A stretch of DNA of 63,937 nt, filler included, from Basidiobolus meristosporus CBS 931.73 (Eukaryota > Fungi > Basidiobolomycota): assembly GCA_002104905.1 (NCBI GenBank). It is 4 parts of 4 records of this genome, joined end to end, with 100 filler letters (N's around TTAATTAATTAA, not from the genome) between each part and the next. Parts side by side here need not be neighbours in the genome. Positions count along the whole stretch, not along the records: positions 1 to 19,992 come from MCFE01001017.1; 3 more parts are not named here. The stretch is one strand, 5' to 3'. The position numbers were made by a program, and so were the translations under genes. Shown here in pieces: positions 1 through 11,386 of this stretch (its first letter is position 1; each line of letters begins with the position of its first letter). A model generated the notes under the pieces. The model saw only the letters and a program-made list of their open reading frames with translations, had not been told where the DNA came from and searched no databases.

Positions 1-26
1 GGCAGATGAGAATGTAGCAATTGCGG

Positions 27-830
27 TGTGGTAGGGTAAACATACCTCCCACAGACAAGTTTATTCATATAGTCATTATGATATACTTATCCATATTTTA
101 TCTAATGAGTATTTTCCTATTCTTCTTTTGCCCATATTATCAGTATTATCCCCATATGATGTTTACCCTGATTAGTTATTAGCATTAGTTATCCCAGATG
201 TTATTCAGCTTTGTGATCAGTATATGTATCTACATAAGGCAGGTACCCGCGTCAGTACCTGTGACACATGACCTAGGTTTGTGTTACAATCCCTACCATT
301 TCAATACCATATATGGTATTTCTATGTTGCACAGGTTTCAGACTGCTGATTCCTGATTGGTTGAATGTGCTGTGCCTTTTAGCACCTTCCAGGACATTCT
401 TGGCATATTTTTAGCTCATAGTGATGTCATCAAGAATTCCACTGATACCTAGAATCTACTAGAACCTTGTCATTAGTAATCACTTGGCAATCAGGAAAAG
501 TATTTAAGGGAAAGCAATCCCTCATCAATAAATCATCCCTTCTATCAGTAACACTTCTACCTTATTGATTAGCAGTTGATCACTGCACCTGCCTTCAACA
601 GTACATCTCAGACCTGCCATCAAGGAGCTTTTCAGGGTAGTGCACAAGACACACATAGGCCTTTGGAGACACTTGGAGCACCTAGGAAGCTAGAGAAGCA
701 GGAGCTTTTACCATAGTGATATATTGACAAAGACACCAGCAGTTTAGACACAGAGGTTATTGCACCCATCAGACACCTCACACACCTTGAGTTGTGTAGC
801 TTCTCCCAGGAGTACCTCTACACCACCACA
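27..830 (+). repeat. Solo LTR, ~800-bp family (copy 1)
   Basis: Starts TGTGGT and ends ACCACA (terminal inverted repeat). Flanks GCGG/GTGG. Reverse-complement homologous to 54450-55249 and 55674-56475. No internal coding region attached. Confidence 0.6.
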
Positions 831-1069
831 GTGGTACCTTTGGTTGAAGACTGGCAAGTAGCTGTTATTACATCACCACCATCTTATTAGCAAGTTATTG
901 TCAGCTCCACCAAAGAATTAATGAGGTAATTAGGTGCAGCAGCTGATTGGATAGATACAATGGCCCAGAGAAATCAGTAAATAGTCCAGAAACAGGATGA
1001 GCTGATTATATGTAAAGTGCATTCAGCATCCCAAGTTGAGAAAGCAGTATCTTTACTATAAAGAGGGAT

Positions 1070-2452
1070 TTCAAGTGGCTCAGTGTCACAGTCAAGAATT
1101 GAGTCATTTTCCAATGTAAGAGCCAAGTAACACTGTTTCAGTCCTTAAAGCTCCATCATAGTACCCAAAGAAAAAGCCCACAGAAAAATCTGTCACAGCA
1201 TGAGGAGGTGAGACTATGGTGATTATACCAAAGCCTAAAGATCAAAAGACATTGAAGATCTGTGAAGCCATTGAGTGCAATGATAAAGTGTGGGCCAATA
1301 TCAAAGAGGCTGTGAGAAGTCTAACATGCCATCACCTTATGGCTGGCATACCATGGGACCATCATAAACTCAAGGCCAAGCAGAATGTGCTTGACTTGCT
1401 CCGTGAGCATTTTCCTGGATTCAAACATGCAAGCAGATCTTGGGTCAGCATTGGTATGCCAAGAAAGCATCTCAAAAATAGCTGCAACTTTCAAAGGCAG
1501 AAGAACAAGGGTGTAACAGATAAAAATCAGTAGCTTCCTCAAGAGCCCATTACAAGCAGGGCCAAAAGCTCTAAGCAAGCATCAAAGTGATGTCAGGTAG
1601 CTAGAAGAGTGCTTGTAAGAGACAAGTAGGCATACACAGATGCACCAGCACAACATTTATCACAAAAAAAGCATGGTTCCACTCAAGAAGCACTTGGTCA
1701 AAGTAGCTGTGGAGGACCTGGTAGTGATAAAAACCTGCAGTAACCTCAGGAGCCTGTCACAACTAGGGCTGAGGGCTCAAAACAAGTGGAAAAGAAATGC
1801 CAGGTTTGCCAGGAGAGTGCCAGCTAGTGACTAACAGGTCAAAACAGATGCATCAGAGCAGTATTTATCAAGGAGAAAATGTAGGTCAATACAAGAGCCA
1901 CTCAATCAAAGTAGCAGTGAAAAAATAGGTGGTGATAGAGCAAAAGGTAACAGGAAAAAAGTCTACCTAAGCCAGAGACAGGGAAGCGTAAGAAAAAATC
2001 TACAGTTCTTGCCAATCAATGCCATAAGCCCAGAACATACTGAATTCTCTCATAGCCAAGAAGAATTGCTAACAAGAAAACACCTATTTTCACAAGACTT
2101 GGAAGTGCAGCCAGCTGAGCTACACTCCAGTGAGGTATATGAGTTTGAACAGAAAGGTGATTTGTCTACCACAGCCTCCACTCCCTCCATTGTTGACAGA
2201 GTGGAAATCCCACTGAAAGATATAGTAACAAGGTCAAGAACTCAAAAGACTATCACAATGTCTTCAGTGGAGTTTTGGAACATTAATGGGCACACCAAGA
2301 GGTTGCAGCACTTCTTCAAGAGCAGTGTGCAAGAAAATGCACCTGAATAATGCAAGGATTCATTGCACAGACTGGCAGATGAGGTGCAAGACCTTGCAGT
2401 GCCAGCTGAAGACCAGGATATGTGTGAACCAGTGAAAGAACAGTGGCATAAA
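1070..2452 (+). pseudogene. Degenerate copy of an unclassified repeated ORF family (possible second ORF of a CACTA-like element)
   Basis: ORF fragments 1216-1533, 1640-1834 and 2009-2350 align by eye with 51800-53366 (+), 36930-38322 (-) and 47180-48670 (-). Internal ~205-bp tandem duplication. Interrupted at 2453 by a copia LTR. Confidence 0.5.
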
Positions 2453-3228
2453 TGTTGTAAGCATCTTGGAGATATTGGAAGTGATTGGAAGAACAAGCAG
2501 ACAATGTGGTTTTCACTTAATGACTTATTGAATGTAAAGGTAGTATTTATAGTTTTACAAGGTCTTGGCATAACAAGCATGTAAAGTAGGTTGAGAAAGG
2601 TCCCAAGAACATGTGTGTAAAGTCTGGGGCTGTTTGGATAGCCTTGAGAATTTCATGTTCTGGATACCTGATATTTTGGTGAAAATATTTCAAGTAAGTC
2701 CCAACAAGGAATTTGGTCAGTATTCTCTAGGATTTGAAGACAATGATCTAAGTGACTAAGCTAGGTGAATATTTAGGTGGAAATTTGAATTTTTACCACA
2801 CTCCCACTCAGCTAAATGTTCATACTGATAAGTCCTAATTTTGACCCAAGATATTCAAGTTTGTCTCTAGCTAATGGTTTGGTAAATATGTCTGCAATCA
2901 TCTCATCTGAAGGACAGTAAGCTAAGCTAACTAAGTTATTCTCTATAGCTTCACATATAAAGTGATGTCTAATATCTATGTGCTTAGTTCTAGCATATAT
3001 ATATACTTTTACATGGTCTTGGCATAAAAAGCATGTGGAATAGGTTGAGGAAGGTCCCAAGAACATGTGTGTAAAGTTTGGGGCTGTTTGGACAACTTTG
3101 AGAATTTTCATGTTTGGGGTAAATTTTCTAAGTAGATCCCAACAAGGAAATATTCCCAAGATTTGAAGGTGATGATATAAGTGACTAAGTTAGGTGAGTA
3201 TTTAGGTAGAGTTACAAACTTTACAACA
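2453..3228 (-). mobile_element. Internally deleted Ty1/copia (family 1): partial 5' LTR fused to RNase H tail, PPT and 3' LTR
   Basis: LTR 2453-2800 matches 7749-8096. PPT complement ctcccactc at 2801-2809. The C-terminal half of ORF 2812..3159 matches the pol end (ARTKHIDIRHHFICEAIENN...KPLARDK). Partial LTR ~2997-3228. Confidence 0.8.
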
Positions 3229-3261
3229 AAATGTTCAGTTCCATACTCTAGGACTGAAACA

Positions 3262-3772
3262 AGGCTCTTAAACTAATCTTTCAGGCTATTCAGGATAGTA
3301 ACTATTACATCTTCATCAGTAGTTGGTACACCCACAGATTCCATCTCATCAAGCAACGGGGTAATTCTGTTAGTTAGATTTTTCATCACTTCTCTTGGCA
3401 GCATCCTTGTAGAAAGGAATTTTTGTCTAAGATACATTTTACTAGCAGCTAGACATGACTGATAGGTGGCTTGTAATGCCTTCCAGGCATAATTTGACAT
3501 TTTTGCTCTTGAGCATTGAACTAGCAATATGTCTTTAACACCAAAGCAAATGCAGTTGAAGGCACTTTGTTCTTTCCTCTGTTACTTTAAGGCTTCCTCT
3601 CCCACATATTTAGGAGGGCATTCTTCTCCCATGACAATATTCTGCAGGCTTCTTTACTGGAGCAGCATCTTCATCTTTGCCTTCCAGATTTGATAGTTAG
3701 ATCCATCCAGCTTTTCAGCAGAGGGAAAAATTCTAGTAATAGCAGTAGTAGACATTGCAGAGAGTGACAGCT
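3262..3772 (-). pseudogene. Ty1/copia family 1 gag fragment, antisense, head-to-head with the next element
   Basis: ORF 3273..3527 (KMYLRQKFLSTRMLPREVMKNL...DEDVIVTILNSL) is homologous to gag at 4025-4243. Confidence 0.8.
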
Positions 3773-3841
3773 TGCCCTGAGCTGTCACTCTCTGCAATGT
3801 CTACTACTGCTATTACTAGAATTTTTCCCTCTGCTGAAAAG
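3711..3841. repeat. Perfect fold-back palindrome (62-bp arms, 7-nt loop TGCCCTG)
   Basis: 3711-3772 is the exact reverse complement of 3780-3841; the first mismatch is at 3710/3842. Confidence 0.9.
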
Positions 3842-4321
3842 TTGAATGGATCTAACTACCAGGTGTGGAAGGTGCAGATGAGGATGCTGCTACAAGAAAG
3901 AGGCCTTTGGGATATTGCCATGGGAGAAGAATGCCCTCCTAAAAACATGGGAGAGGAAGCCTTAAAGTACCAGAAGAAATAACAAAGTGCCTTTAACTGC
4001 ATTTGCCTTAATGTTAAAGACAAATTGCTAATTCAATGCTCAAGAGCAAAAATGGCAAAGAATGCCTGGAAGGCATTAGAAGACACCTACCAGTCATGTT
4101 CAGCTGCTAAGAAAATGTATCTGAGACAAAAATTCTTTACTACAAAGATGCTGCCAGGAGAAGAAATGAAAAATCTAATTAACAGAATTACCCTGCTGGT
4201 AGATGAGATGGAATCTGTGGGTGTACCAACTACTGATGAGTAGGTGATAATTACCATCCTGAATAGCCTGACAGACGAGTTTCAGGGCCTTGTATCAGCC
4301 CTAGAGTCCAGAACTTAAGAT

Positions 4322-5716
4322 TTGACCTTAAATTATGTATATGGAAGGCTCCTGGATGAAGAATTACAAAAATCAAGTGCCAATAAGAAGGAAGAAGAAA
4401 ATGCTTTAATAAGCAATGATAACCAACAAAGGAGGTACCCAAGACCCTACAAAGGCAACAGCAACCTGTTTTGTAACTACTGCAAAAGGAAAGGACACAC
4501 ATCAGACCAATGTCTCAAAAAGAAAGATAATCAGCAAAAGAAGCCTGAATATGGAAATGCTGCCACAACTGAAGATAGACTATTCATATCTGCACTAAAT
4601 ATGACCACAAACAAGGATTCTCAGATGTGGTATATTGACTTGGGAGCTTCTCAACACTTTACACACCAAAAAGAACTTTTTACCCAATATCAAGAAATTC
4701 CAATTAAGAAGGTTTTCACGGGTAACAGTAGAACACTTGATGCAGTGGGAGAAGGAACTATCCAAGTAAACCTAAGAAGCAGTGAAGGAAGTCATACACT
4801 GACCTTTAGAGAAGTACTCTATGTACCAGAAATAGCCAAGAACCTACTCTCTGTATGCAAGGCCACAGCAGAAGGACTCAGTTTCAGCTTTGACAATTCT
4901 GGATGCAAGATCACTGATCAAAATGGTGCCCATATTGCATCGGGCATCAGAGATCAGAATTTATACAAGTTGACCTATATTCCATCATACTTGGAAGCCA
5001 ATATAAGTAACTTAAATGAAGAAACACCAATGCTTTGGCACAGGAGATTTGGACACATCAATTTTGATTATTTGCGCAAAATGATCAAAGATCAGCTAAT
5101 TTCTGGAGTGAAAATTGATCCTCCAGCTAATTTGGAGCACTGTGAAGCCTGCATATATGGGAAACAAGCCAGACAACCGTTCAAGAGCTCTGGGTTAATC
5201 AAAACTAAGAAAAAATTAGATCTAATTCACTCAGATCTGTGTGGACCTATGCAAAATTTATCCTTAGGCGGGATGAAGTATTTATTCACTTTTATTGATG
5301 ATTATACAAGATACACATGGGTCTACTTCATGGAGACAAAGGAAGAAGCTCTGTCTAAGCTCAGGGAGCTTAAAGCCATGGTGGAGAGAGAAACTGGTGA
5401 AAAAATCAAGCAAATACGCTCTGACAATGGTGGAGAATATACCTCAAAACTCTTCATACACTTCTGCAAAATTCATGGGACAAAGCAAGAGACTACTGTA
5501 CCGTACTCCCCACAGCAAAATGGAGTAGCAGAACAAGCTAGCAGATCAATAATTGATATGGCAAGATCTATGATCCATGATCAAAAATTATCCTATGATT
5601 TTTGGGCGGAATCAGTTGCCACTGCTGTATACCTTAAAAATAGGAGTTATAACAGAATACTTTGTGATTCTACTCCATTTGAAGCATGGTATACAGACCA
5701 AGTGCAGAACATCTAA
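4322..5716 (+). pseudogene. copia gag C-terminus / protease / integrase segment
   Basis: 464-aa ORF with zinc knuckle, GAG-pre-integrase and rve motifs. Frameshifted at ~5690 relative to the 58.3-kb copy (4-nt loss near GGTATGGATAC). Confidence 0.85.
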
Positions 5717-7737
5717 GAATATTTGGGTGTACAGCATATGCCAAAAAACTGGCCAGAAATCAGTCAAAATTTGAGCCAAAAAGTGTAAAATGCATATTTT
5801 TGGGCTACTGCAATGAGAGTAAGGCATACAGGCTCTACAATACCAAAGCAAAGAAGTTTATCAAGTCCAGGGATGTGTTGTTTGATGAAAATTCAAAATT
5901 TTCACAAAAAATGACATCAGATGATGACAAAAATTTGATCTCAAGTCCACCAATTGTCAGGATTGAATCAGAGCAAAACAATGAAAATTTATTCACTCCA
6001 GAGGACTCTACAACTGTGATTCAGCCAGAATCAGTGCCCAGGAATATCCCAGAAGTGATCATTCCAGTATCAAATGCCCGGAGATCCAATCAGACAAGAA
6101 ATAGCCCAAATTACTATATCAATGAGGGTACAAACTTAGCCTATGCCTATTCAGTCCATATTGATGAACCCCTGACTGTAAAAGAGGCCCTAAATAGCCC
6201 TCAGACAAAGTTTTGGAGATCTGCAATGACTGAGGAAAATCAGGCCCTGATGGAAAATCAAACTTGGGACTTAGTCAAATTACCAATCAACCAAAAATCA
6301 ATTGGATGCAGATGGGTCTTCAAGACAAAATACAAGGCTGATGGTACAATTGAAAGATACAAAGCAAGACTTGTAGCCAAAGGATACTCTCAAACAAAAG
6401 GACTTGACTATACTGAGACCTTTGCACCGGTAGCCAAGTTTAATTCCATCAGATTAATATTGGCTATTGCAGCCAAATATAAGTTTCTTATTCATCAAAT
6501 GGATGTAAAAACTGCATTTTTGAATGGAGAACTTGATGAGGACATGTATATGGACCAGCCTGATGGGTTTGTTGACCAAGATAACCCCCGTTTGGTCTGC
6601 AAGCTTAAAAAGTCACTATATGGTCTCAAACAATCACCAAGAGCCTGGAATTGCAAGATAGATTCTTATTTGGAATCTTTGAGTTTCAAAAGGAGTAATG
6701 CTGACTATAGTATATACTATAAGCCAGATAGAGCAAATCCAGTTCTATTAGCTCTATATGTAGATGATCTTATTATAGGCACCAATAACCTAGAAACATT
6801 GGAAGAGACTAAATCCAGCCTATCTAAGGAGTTCAAGATGTCCAATCTAGGAGAACTTAGTTGCTACTTAGGGATTAAGTTCTCCATAGACAGAAGTACC
6901 CAGACTATCACCCTAAGCCAATCCAGGTATATTCAAGATATAATAAAGAAGTACCAAATGGAAGACTGTAAACCGGCAGCTACCCCAATGGAGACAAACC
7001 TTAACTTGGTCAAAACTCAACCAAATCAAGAGAGCTTGGTGCCATCTGAAAGCCCTGACTTCCCTTATCAATCTATAATTGGCAGTCTGATGTATATCAT
7101 GCTTGGAACACGTCCAGATATCTCATACTCAGTGGGAGTTGTCAGCCAACATAATCAGAACTATGGATCTGATCATATTGCAGCAGTTAAGCGGATTTTT
7201 AGATACCTAAAAGGAACTGCTGATATTTGCTTAAGATACACTTATAAGGACTCAGAACAAGATCTTGTGGGATACTCTGATGCAGATTGGGGACGAAATT
7301 TAGAAGACAGAAGATCCACCACAGGATACACCTTTCTTTACTGTAAAGGAGCAATTTCCTGGAATTCAAGAAAGCAACCAACCATAGCACTTTCCACCAC
7401 AGAGTCAGAGTACATGGCAGCCTGTGAATCTTCAAAAGAAGCAATGTGGCTAAGAAAGCTGTTTACAGATTTAGGCCTATGTCAAAATACGCCTATTACT
7501 TTATTTCAAGATAATCAAGGATGTATACAATTAGGGAGAAATCCAACTTTTCATGCTAGAACCAAGCACATAGATATTAGACATCATTTGATATGTGAAG
7601 CTATAGAGAATAACTTAGTTAGCTTAGTTTACTGTCCTACAGATGAAATAATTGCAGACATATTTACCAAACCATTAGCTAGAGACAAGTTTGAATATCT
7701 TAGGTCAAAATTAGGACTAGTCAGTATGAACATTTAG
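5686..7737 (+). pseudogene. copia integrase C-terminus / reverse transcriptase / RNase H segment
   Basis: 683-aa ORF with [30 protein letters not shown] and YSDADWG motifs. Confidence 0.88.
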
Positions 7738-7748
7738 CTGAGTGGGAG

Positions 7749-8096
7749 TGTTGTAAAAATTCAAATTTCCACCTAAATATTCACCTAGCTTAGTCACTTA
7801 GATCATCACCTTCAAATCCTAGAGAATACTGACCAAATTCCTTGTTGGGATTTACTTAGAATATTTTCACCAAAATACCAGGTACCCAGAACATGAAAAT
7901 TCTCAAAGTTGTCCAAACAGCCCTAAACTTTGCACAAATGCTCTTGGGACCTTCCTTAACCTATTCTACGTGTTTGTAATGCCAAGACCAGGTAAAAGTA
8001 TAAATACTACTTTACATTCAATAAATCATTAAGTGAAAACCACATAATCTACTTGTTCTCCAAATCACTTCCAATATCTCCAAGACTCTTACAACA
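7749..8096 (+). repeat. copia family 1 3' LTR (348 bp)
   Basis: TGTTGTA...TACAACA termini, directly after the polypurine tract GAGTGGGAG. Confidence 0.9.
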
Positions 8097-8097
8097 A

Positions 8098-9109
8098 GAA
8101 CAAGAAGATTACGTGGTTTTACTTAATGATTTATTGAATGTAAAAGTAGTATTTATACTTTCTACATGATCTTTGCATAACAAACACATGGAATGTATTT
8201 AGAAAGGTCCCAAGAGCATGTGTACATAGCTTGGGGCTCTTTGGACAACTCTAAGAAATTCATATTCTGGGTACCTGATATCTTGGTGAAAACATTTCAG
8301 GTAAGTCCCAACAAGGAGTTTGGTCAGTATTCTCTAAGATTTGTAGGCCATACTTGGGTAAGAGGAGGCATCTGGGAGCTGAATTTGTTGGTGTTGTAAG
8401 AGTCTTGGAGATATTTGAAATGATTGGGAGGTCAAGTAGATTATATGGTTCTCACCTAATGATTTATTGAATGTAGAAGTAGTATTTATACTTTTACATA
8501 GTACTGGCATAGCAAACACATAGAAAAGGTTAAAGAAGACCCTAAGAGCATGTGTGCAAAGTTTGGGGCTGTTTGGACAACTTTGAGAATTTTCATGTTC
8601 TGGGTACCTGGCATTTTGGTGAAAATATTCCAAGTAAATCCCAACAAGGAATTTGGTCAGTATTCACTAAGATTTTGTAGGTATTGATCCAAGTGACTAA
8701 GTTAGGTCAGTATTTATGTGGAATTACATATTTTTACATCAACAACTTGGGGCTAATAACCTGCTGTCAGAGTCTTGGAGTTATTGGAAGTGACTGGGAG
8801 CACAAGTAGATTTTATGGTTCTCACTCAATGAATTTTTCAATGTAATAGTAGTTTTATATTTTTAAATGGTCTTGACAAAATAAGGCTGTGAAGTATGCT
8901 TAGAGAGGTCCTAAAAGCATATGTGAGGAATTTGGGGCTTTTTGGACAACTTGTCAAGATTTCATATACATGGTACCTGATGCTTTGATGATATTATTCC
9001 AAGTAAGTCCCTTCAGGGAATTTTGCCAAAATTTTCCAAGATTTGTAAGGAATGATACAAGTGACTAAGTTAGGTGAGTATCTAGGTGCAATTACAAATT
9101 TTGATAACA
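8098..9109 (-). repeat. Cluster of three antisense copia family 1 LTR copies
   Basis: Partial copy ~8098-8345, near-complete copies 8392-8741 and 8762-9109. A PBS-like 20-mer lies at 8742-8761 between the last two. Confidence 0.8.
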
Positions 9110-9603
9110 TTCCTATGCTTTAGGTACTTGATGTTGTGGGGAAAGTATCTAAACTAGAGCCCATAAAGAATTTGGGCAAGAAATACCAATGTTTGTAAGT
9201 ATGATCAAAGTGACCAAGTCTATAAAATGTTGAGGTGAAAATACGAAATTTACAACAAATTATAAATCAGTTCCTACCCACAAATTATTGGTGGTGAGAT
9301 TTGCCTTGCGATTAATTACGGTACTAAACAGCTAATAGCCATGTATTGCACCAAAACCTTCACACAAGATGTGACTGCAGTATATTTTTGGAATACTTAC
9401 CTCATTAGTTATGGATCTGACCTACACAAGATACTAGTGTGGTGAATTTCTAAAGAATGGTCTCAGATTGGAGTTCTACTACCACATAATTTAATTTCGC
9501 CTAACTAATTATTGGCACTGTTATGTTGCTCGCCATCAACCCCCTTCTCACATGGTGCTTCAAAACCTCATCACAATTATACATATCATGGGTCTTACCT
9601 TGG

Positions 9604-9800
9604 GTAAGTTATAAACTTCCTTTTTTGACTAGATAGTGAAAGCCACCGATTGAATCTCGGATTCTGATTGATTCGAATGTTTTATCTGATAGTTTGACCA
9701 CCCCAATCTGTAAGCCTCACAAGTCGAATTTGTACATGAGATAATTACTAATTAAATAGGAGGATGCTCGATATTTTTTCTCCCCTAACCCTTAGCACAG
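9604..9800 (+). other. Candidate 5'-UTR intron of the downstream gene
   Basis: GTAAGT donor at 9604, CTAAC branch-like site at ~9785, CAG acceptor at 9798-9800. The next ATG (9815, GAAATGG) is in good context. Confidence 0.35.
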
Positions 9801-9814
9801 TCTGGTTCTCTGAA

Positions 9815-10993
9815 ATGGGTTTCTTGGATAGGTTTAAAGGTTATTTCAGCCTGAATGCCCCAAACACCTCCTACCTTGGCTGGCGCTCTCGTAAATTTAT
9901 ATACAAATGCCTGGTCATACCCATTATAGTATTGGTTATCCTCACGATTTTCCTGTTAAGTAGAAGACACAATAGACCAGTAGATGTTGAATTCCAGGAG
10001 TCCACGATGAAGTGCAATGCTCCGTATTATAACGCGTTCGTGGAAGACGGCAAAGAAAAAATTGTTGCTATTCAGCAGGAGAAGCTTGCTACCAGACTGA
10101 GTAAGTGCAGCCATCTGAAAGGTAAAACTGCGCTTCTTCACGACCCAGAGCGACAGCATTTCACCTTTCCGATGGAGAAGGAGTTTGATATGATGCTCGA
10201 GCTCATTAAATGCAATGTTCCACTTGCGTTTACACGATGGGGCGATGGTGAGCATATGTTGTTAAGAGGCCAGACTGTTGCTGATGGAACTCAAGCCAAG
10301 CTGATTGATGGTTGGCAGTGGACTGAAAACCGTGTTGGAGTCTTAGCCACCAATTTAATTGAAAGTCTACGGGAGCCCGCCGGCCTCTACTTTTATGGAC
10401 TGCCTTGCCCTATGCCCTGGACCTCAACTCTTAGGGATTATATGACGCTAGCCAAAGATAAACCCACCTCAAGATTCAGCTATAGTACGCTCTGGATTGG
10501 TGAAAACTACTCCAAAATATACAGTTTCTTCAAATCGATCCAGGATGGTACTTCAGGACTGACTCAGAAGGTAGTCCTGGTAATCAACCAGTCAGGCCGT
10601 AGCCATTTAAAAGAACTTTACTCCTGGGCTTCCCATGTTGTCCTTGTTCCGGATAATTGTGCGGAGCTCTTTGAAATTCCATCAGCTCGATGCGCATGGA
10701 TCGCTTATATCCAATCTATGGCCCTGCAAAATAGCGATACTCTTTTCATGGTGTCTGCTGGCCCACTCTCCGAAGCACTAATCTACTACATGTATCTCGC
10801 AAATCCTTACAACAACCAGTACATTGATTTCGGATCATCTCTGGATGAGTTTGGGAAACAGAACAACACTAGGGGATACTCCCCCGAGCCCAGACCCAAC
10901 TGGCACCCATGCCCATATGCATACGGAAGAAACATGACAAATGAAGACAACTACCAAGAAGAATACTGCCTGGTAATGAAGCAAGTCTATTAG
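9815..10993 (+). CDS. Putative type-II membrane glycosyltransferase, GT-D fold/DUF1792-like (paralogue A)
   Basis: ORF track starts at 9764; the second in-frame ATG at 9815 is preferred. Basic N-terminus plus one hydrophobic helix (CLVIPIIVLVILTIFLL). Motifs PLAFTRWGDGE and LFMVSAGPLS...YIDFGSSLD resemble the DUF1792 S.RxGDGE and LxALGP...AIDIGH motifs. Uninterrupted and CpG-rich, unlike flanking repeats. Confidence 0.6.
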   Translation: MGFLDRFKGYFSLNAPNTSYLGWRSRKFIYKCLVIPIIVLVILTIFLLSRRHNRPVDVEFQESTMKCNAPYYNAFVEDGKEKIVAIQQEKLATRLSKCSHLKGKTALLHDPERQHFTFPMEKEFDMMLELIKCNVPLAFTRWGDGEHMLLRGQTVADGTQAKLIDGWQWTENRVGVLATNLIESLREPAGLYFYGLPCPMPWTSTLRDYMTLAKDKPTSRFSYSTLWIGENYSKIYSFFKSIQDGTSGLTQKVVLVINQSGRSHLKELYSWASHVVLVPDNCAELFEIPSARCAWIAYIQSMALQNSDTLFMVSAGPLSEALIYYMYLANPYNNQYIDFGSSLDEFGKQNNTRGYSPEPRPNWHPCPYAYGRNMTNEDNYQEEYCLVMKQVY

Positions 10994-11386
10994 CAAATTC
11001 GTCCATAGCCACAACCGCTCTGTCGATATAGATTTTAATATCGCGTTTGCATGTGAGCTCTATGGAAACCTAGCGATCCAACGTGTCACGTATCAGAACA
11101 GATGGCACACCGATCATATTACTTGCTGTTAGTATACAGCCCGTTATTATACTGCAATAAAATAACCATCTCATGGATACTCCGTAACTCGTGTTTTCAC
11201 ATATTGTTTTCTTCCACGCACTCCGTAGGCCGCCCAGCATTGCTTGAGATCCACTGGCACGTGAACTTTGAGGCGATACATTCTGATGGCTCATTCTACG
11301 AGGGAAACGCGGCCCAACGGGATTTGGTTTGTTTATTTCGAATGTTCAAACTTCAACCTTCATTACATGATACAAGTATATGTTCC

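Larger units (their letters stand above)
3780..8096 (+). mobile_element. Ty1/copia LTR retrotransposon, family 1, lacking 5' LTR/PBS; disrupted
   Basis: gag with in-frame stops; CCHC knuckle (CNYCKRKGHTSDQC); protease-like WYIDLGASQH; integrase (HRRFGH..CEAC, DLCGP, RSDNGGEY); RT (YVDD); RNase H (YSDADWG). Order PR-IN-RT-RH defines copia. PPT 7740-7748 and 3' LTR 7749-8096. Confidence 0.92.

Noticed and set aside
9783-9792. CCCTAACCCT as an interstitial telomere seed or telobox
   Set aside because: Only 10 nt, and equally well explained as a CTAAC branch point upstream of a CAG acceptor.
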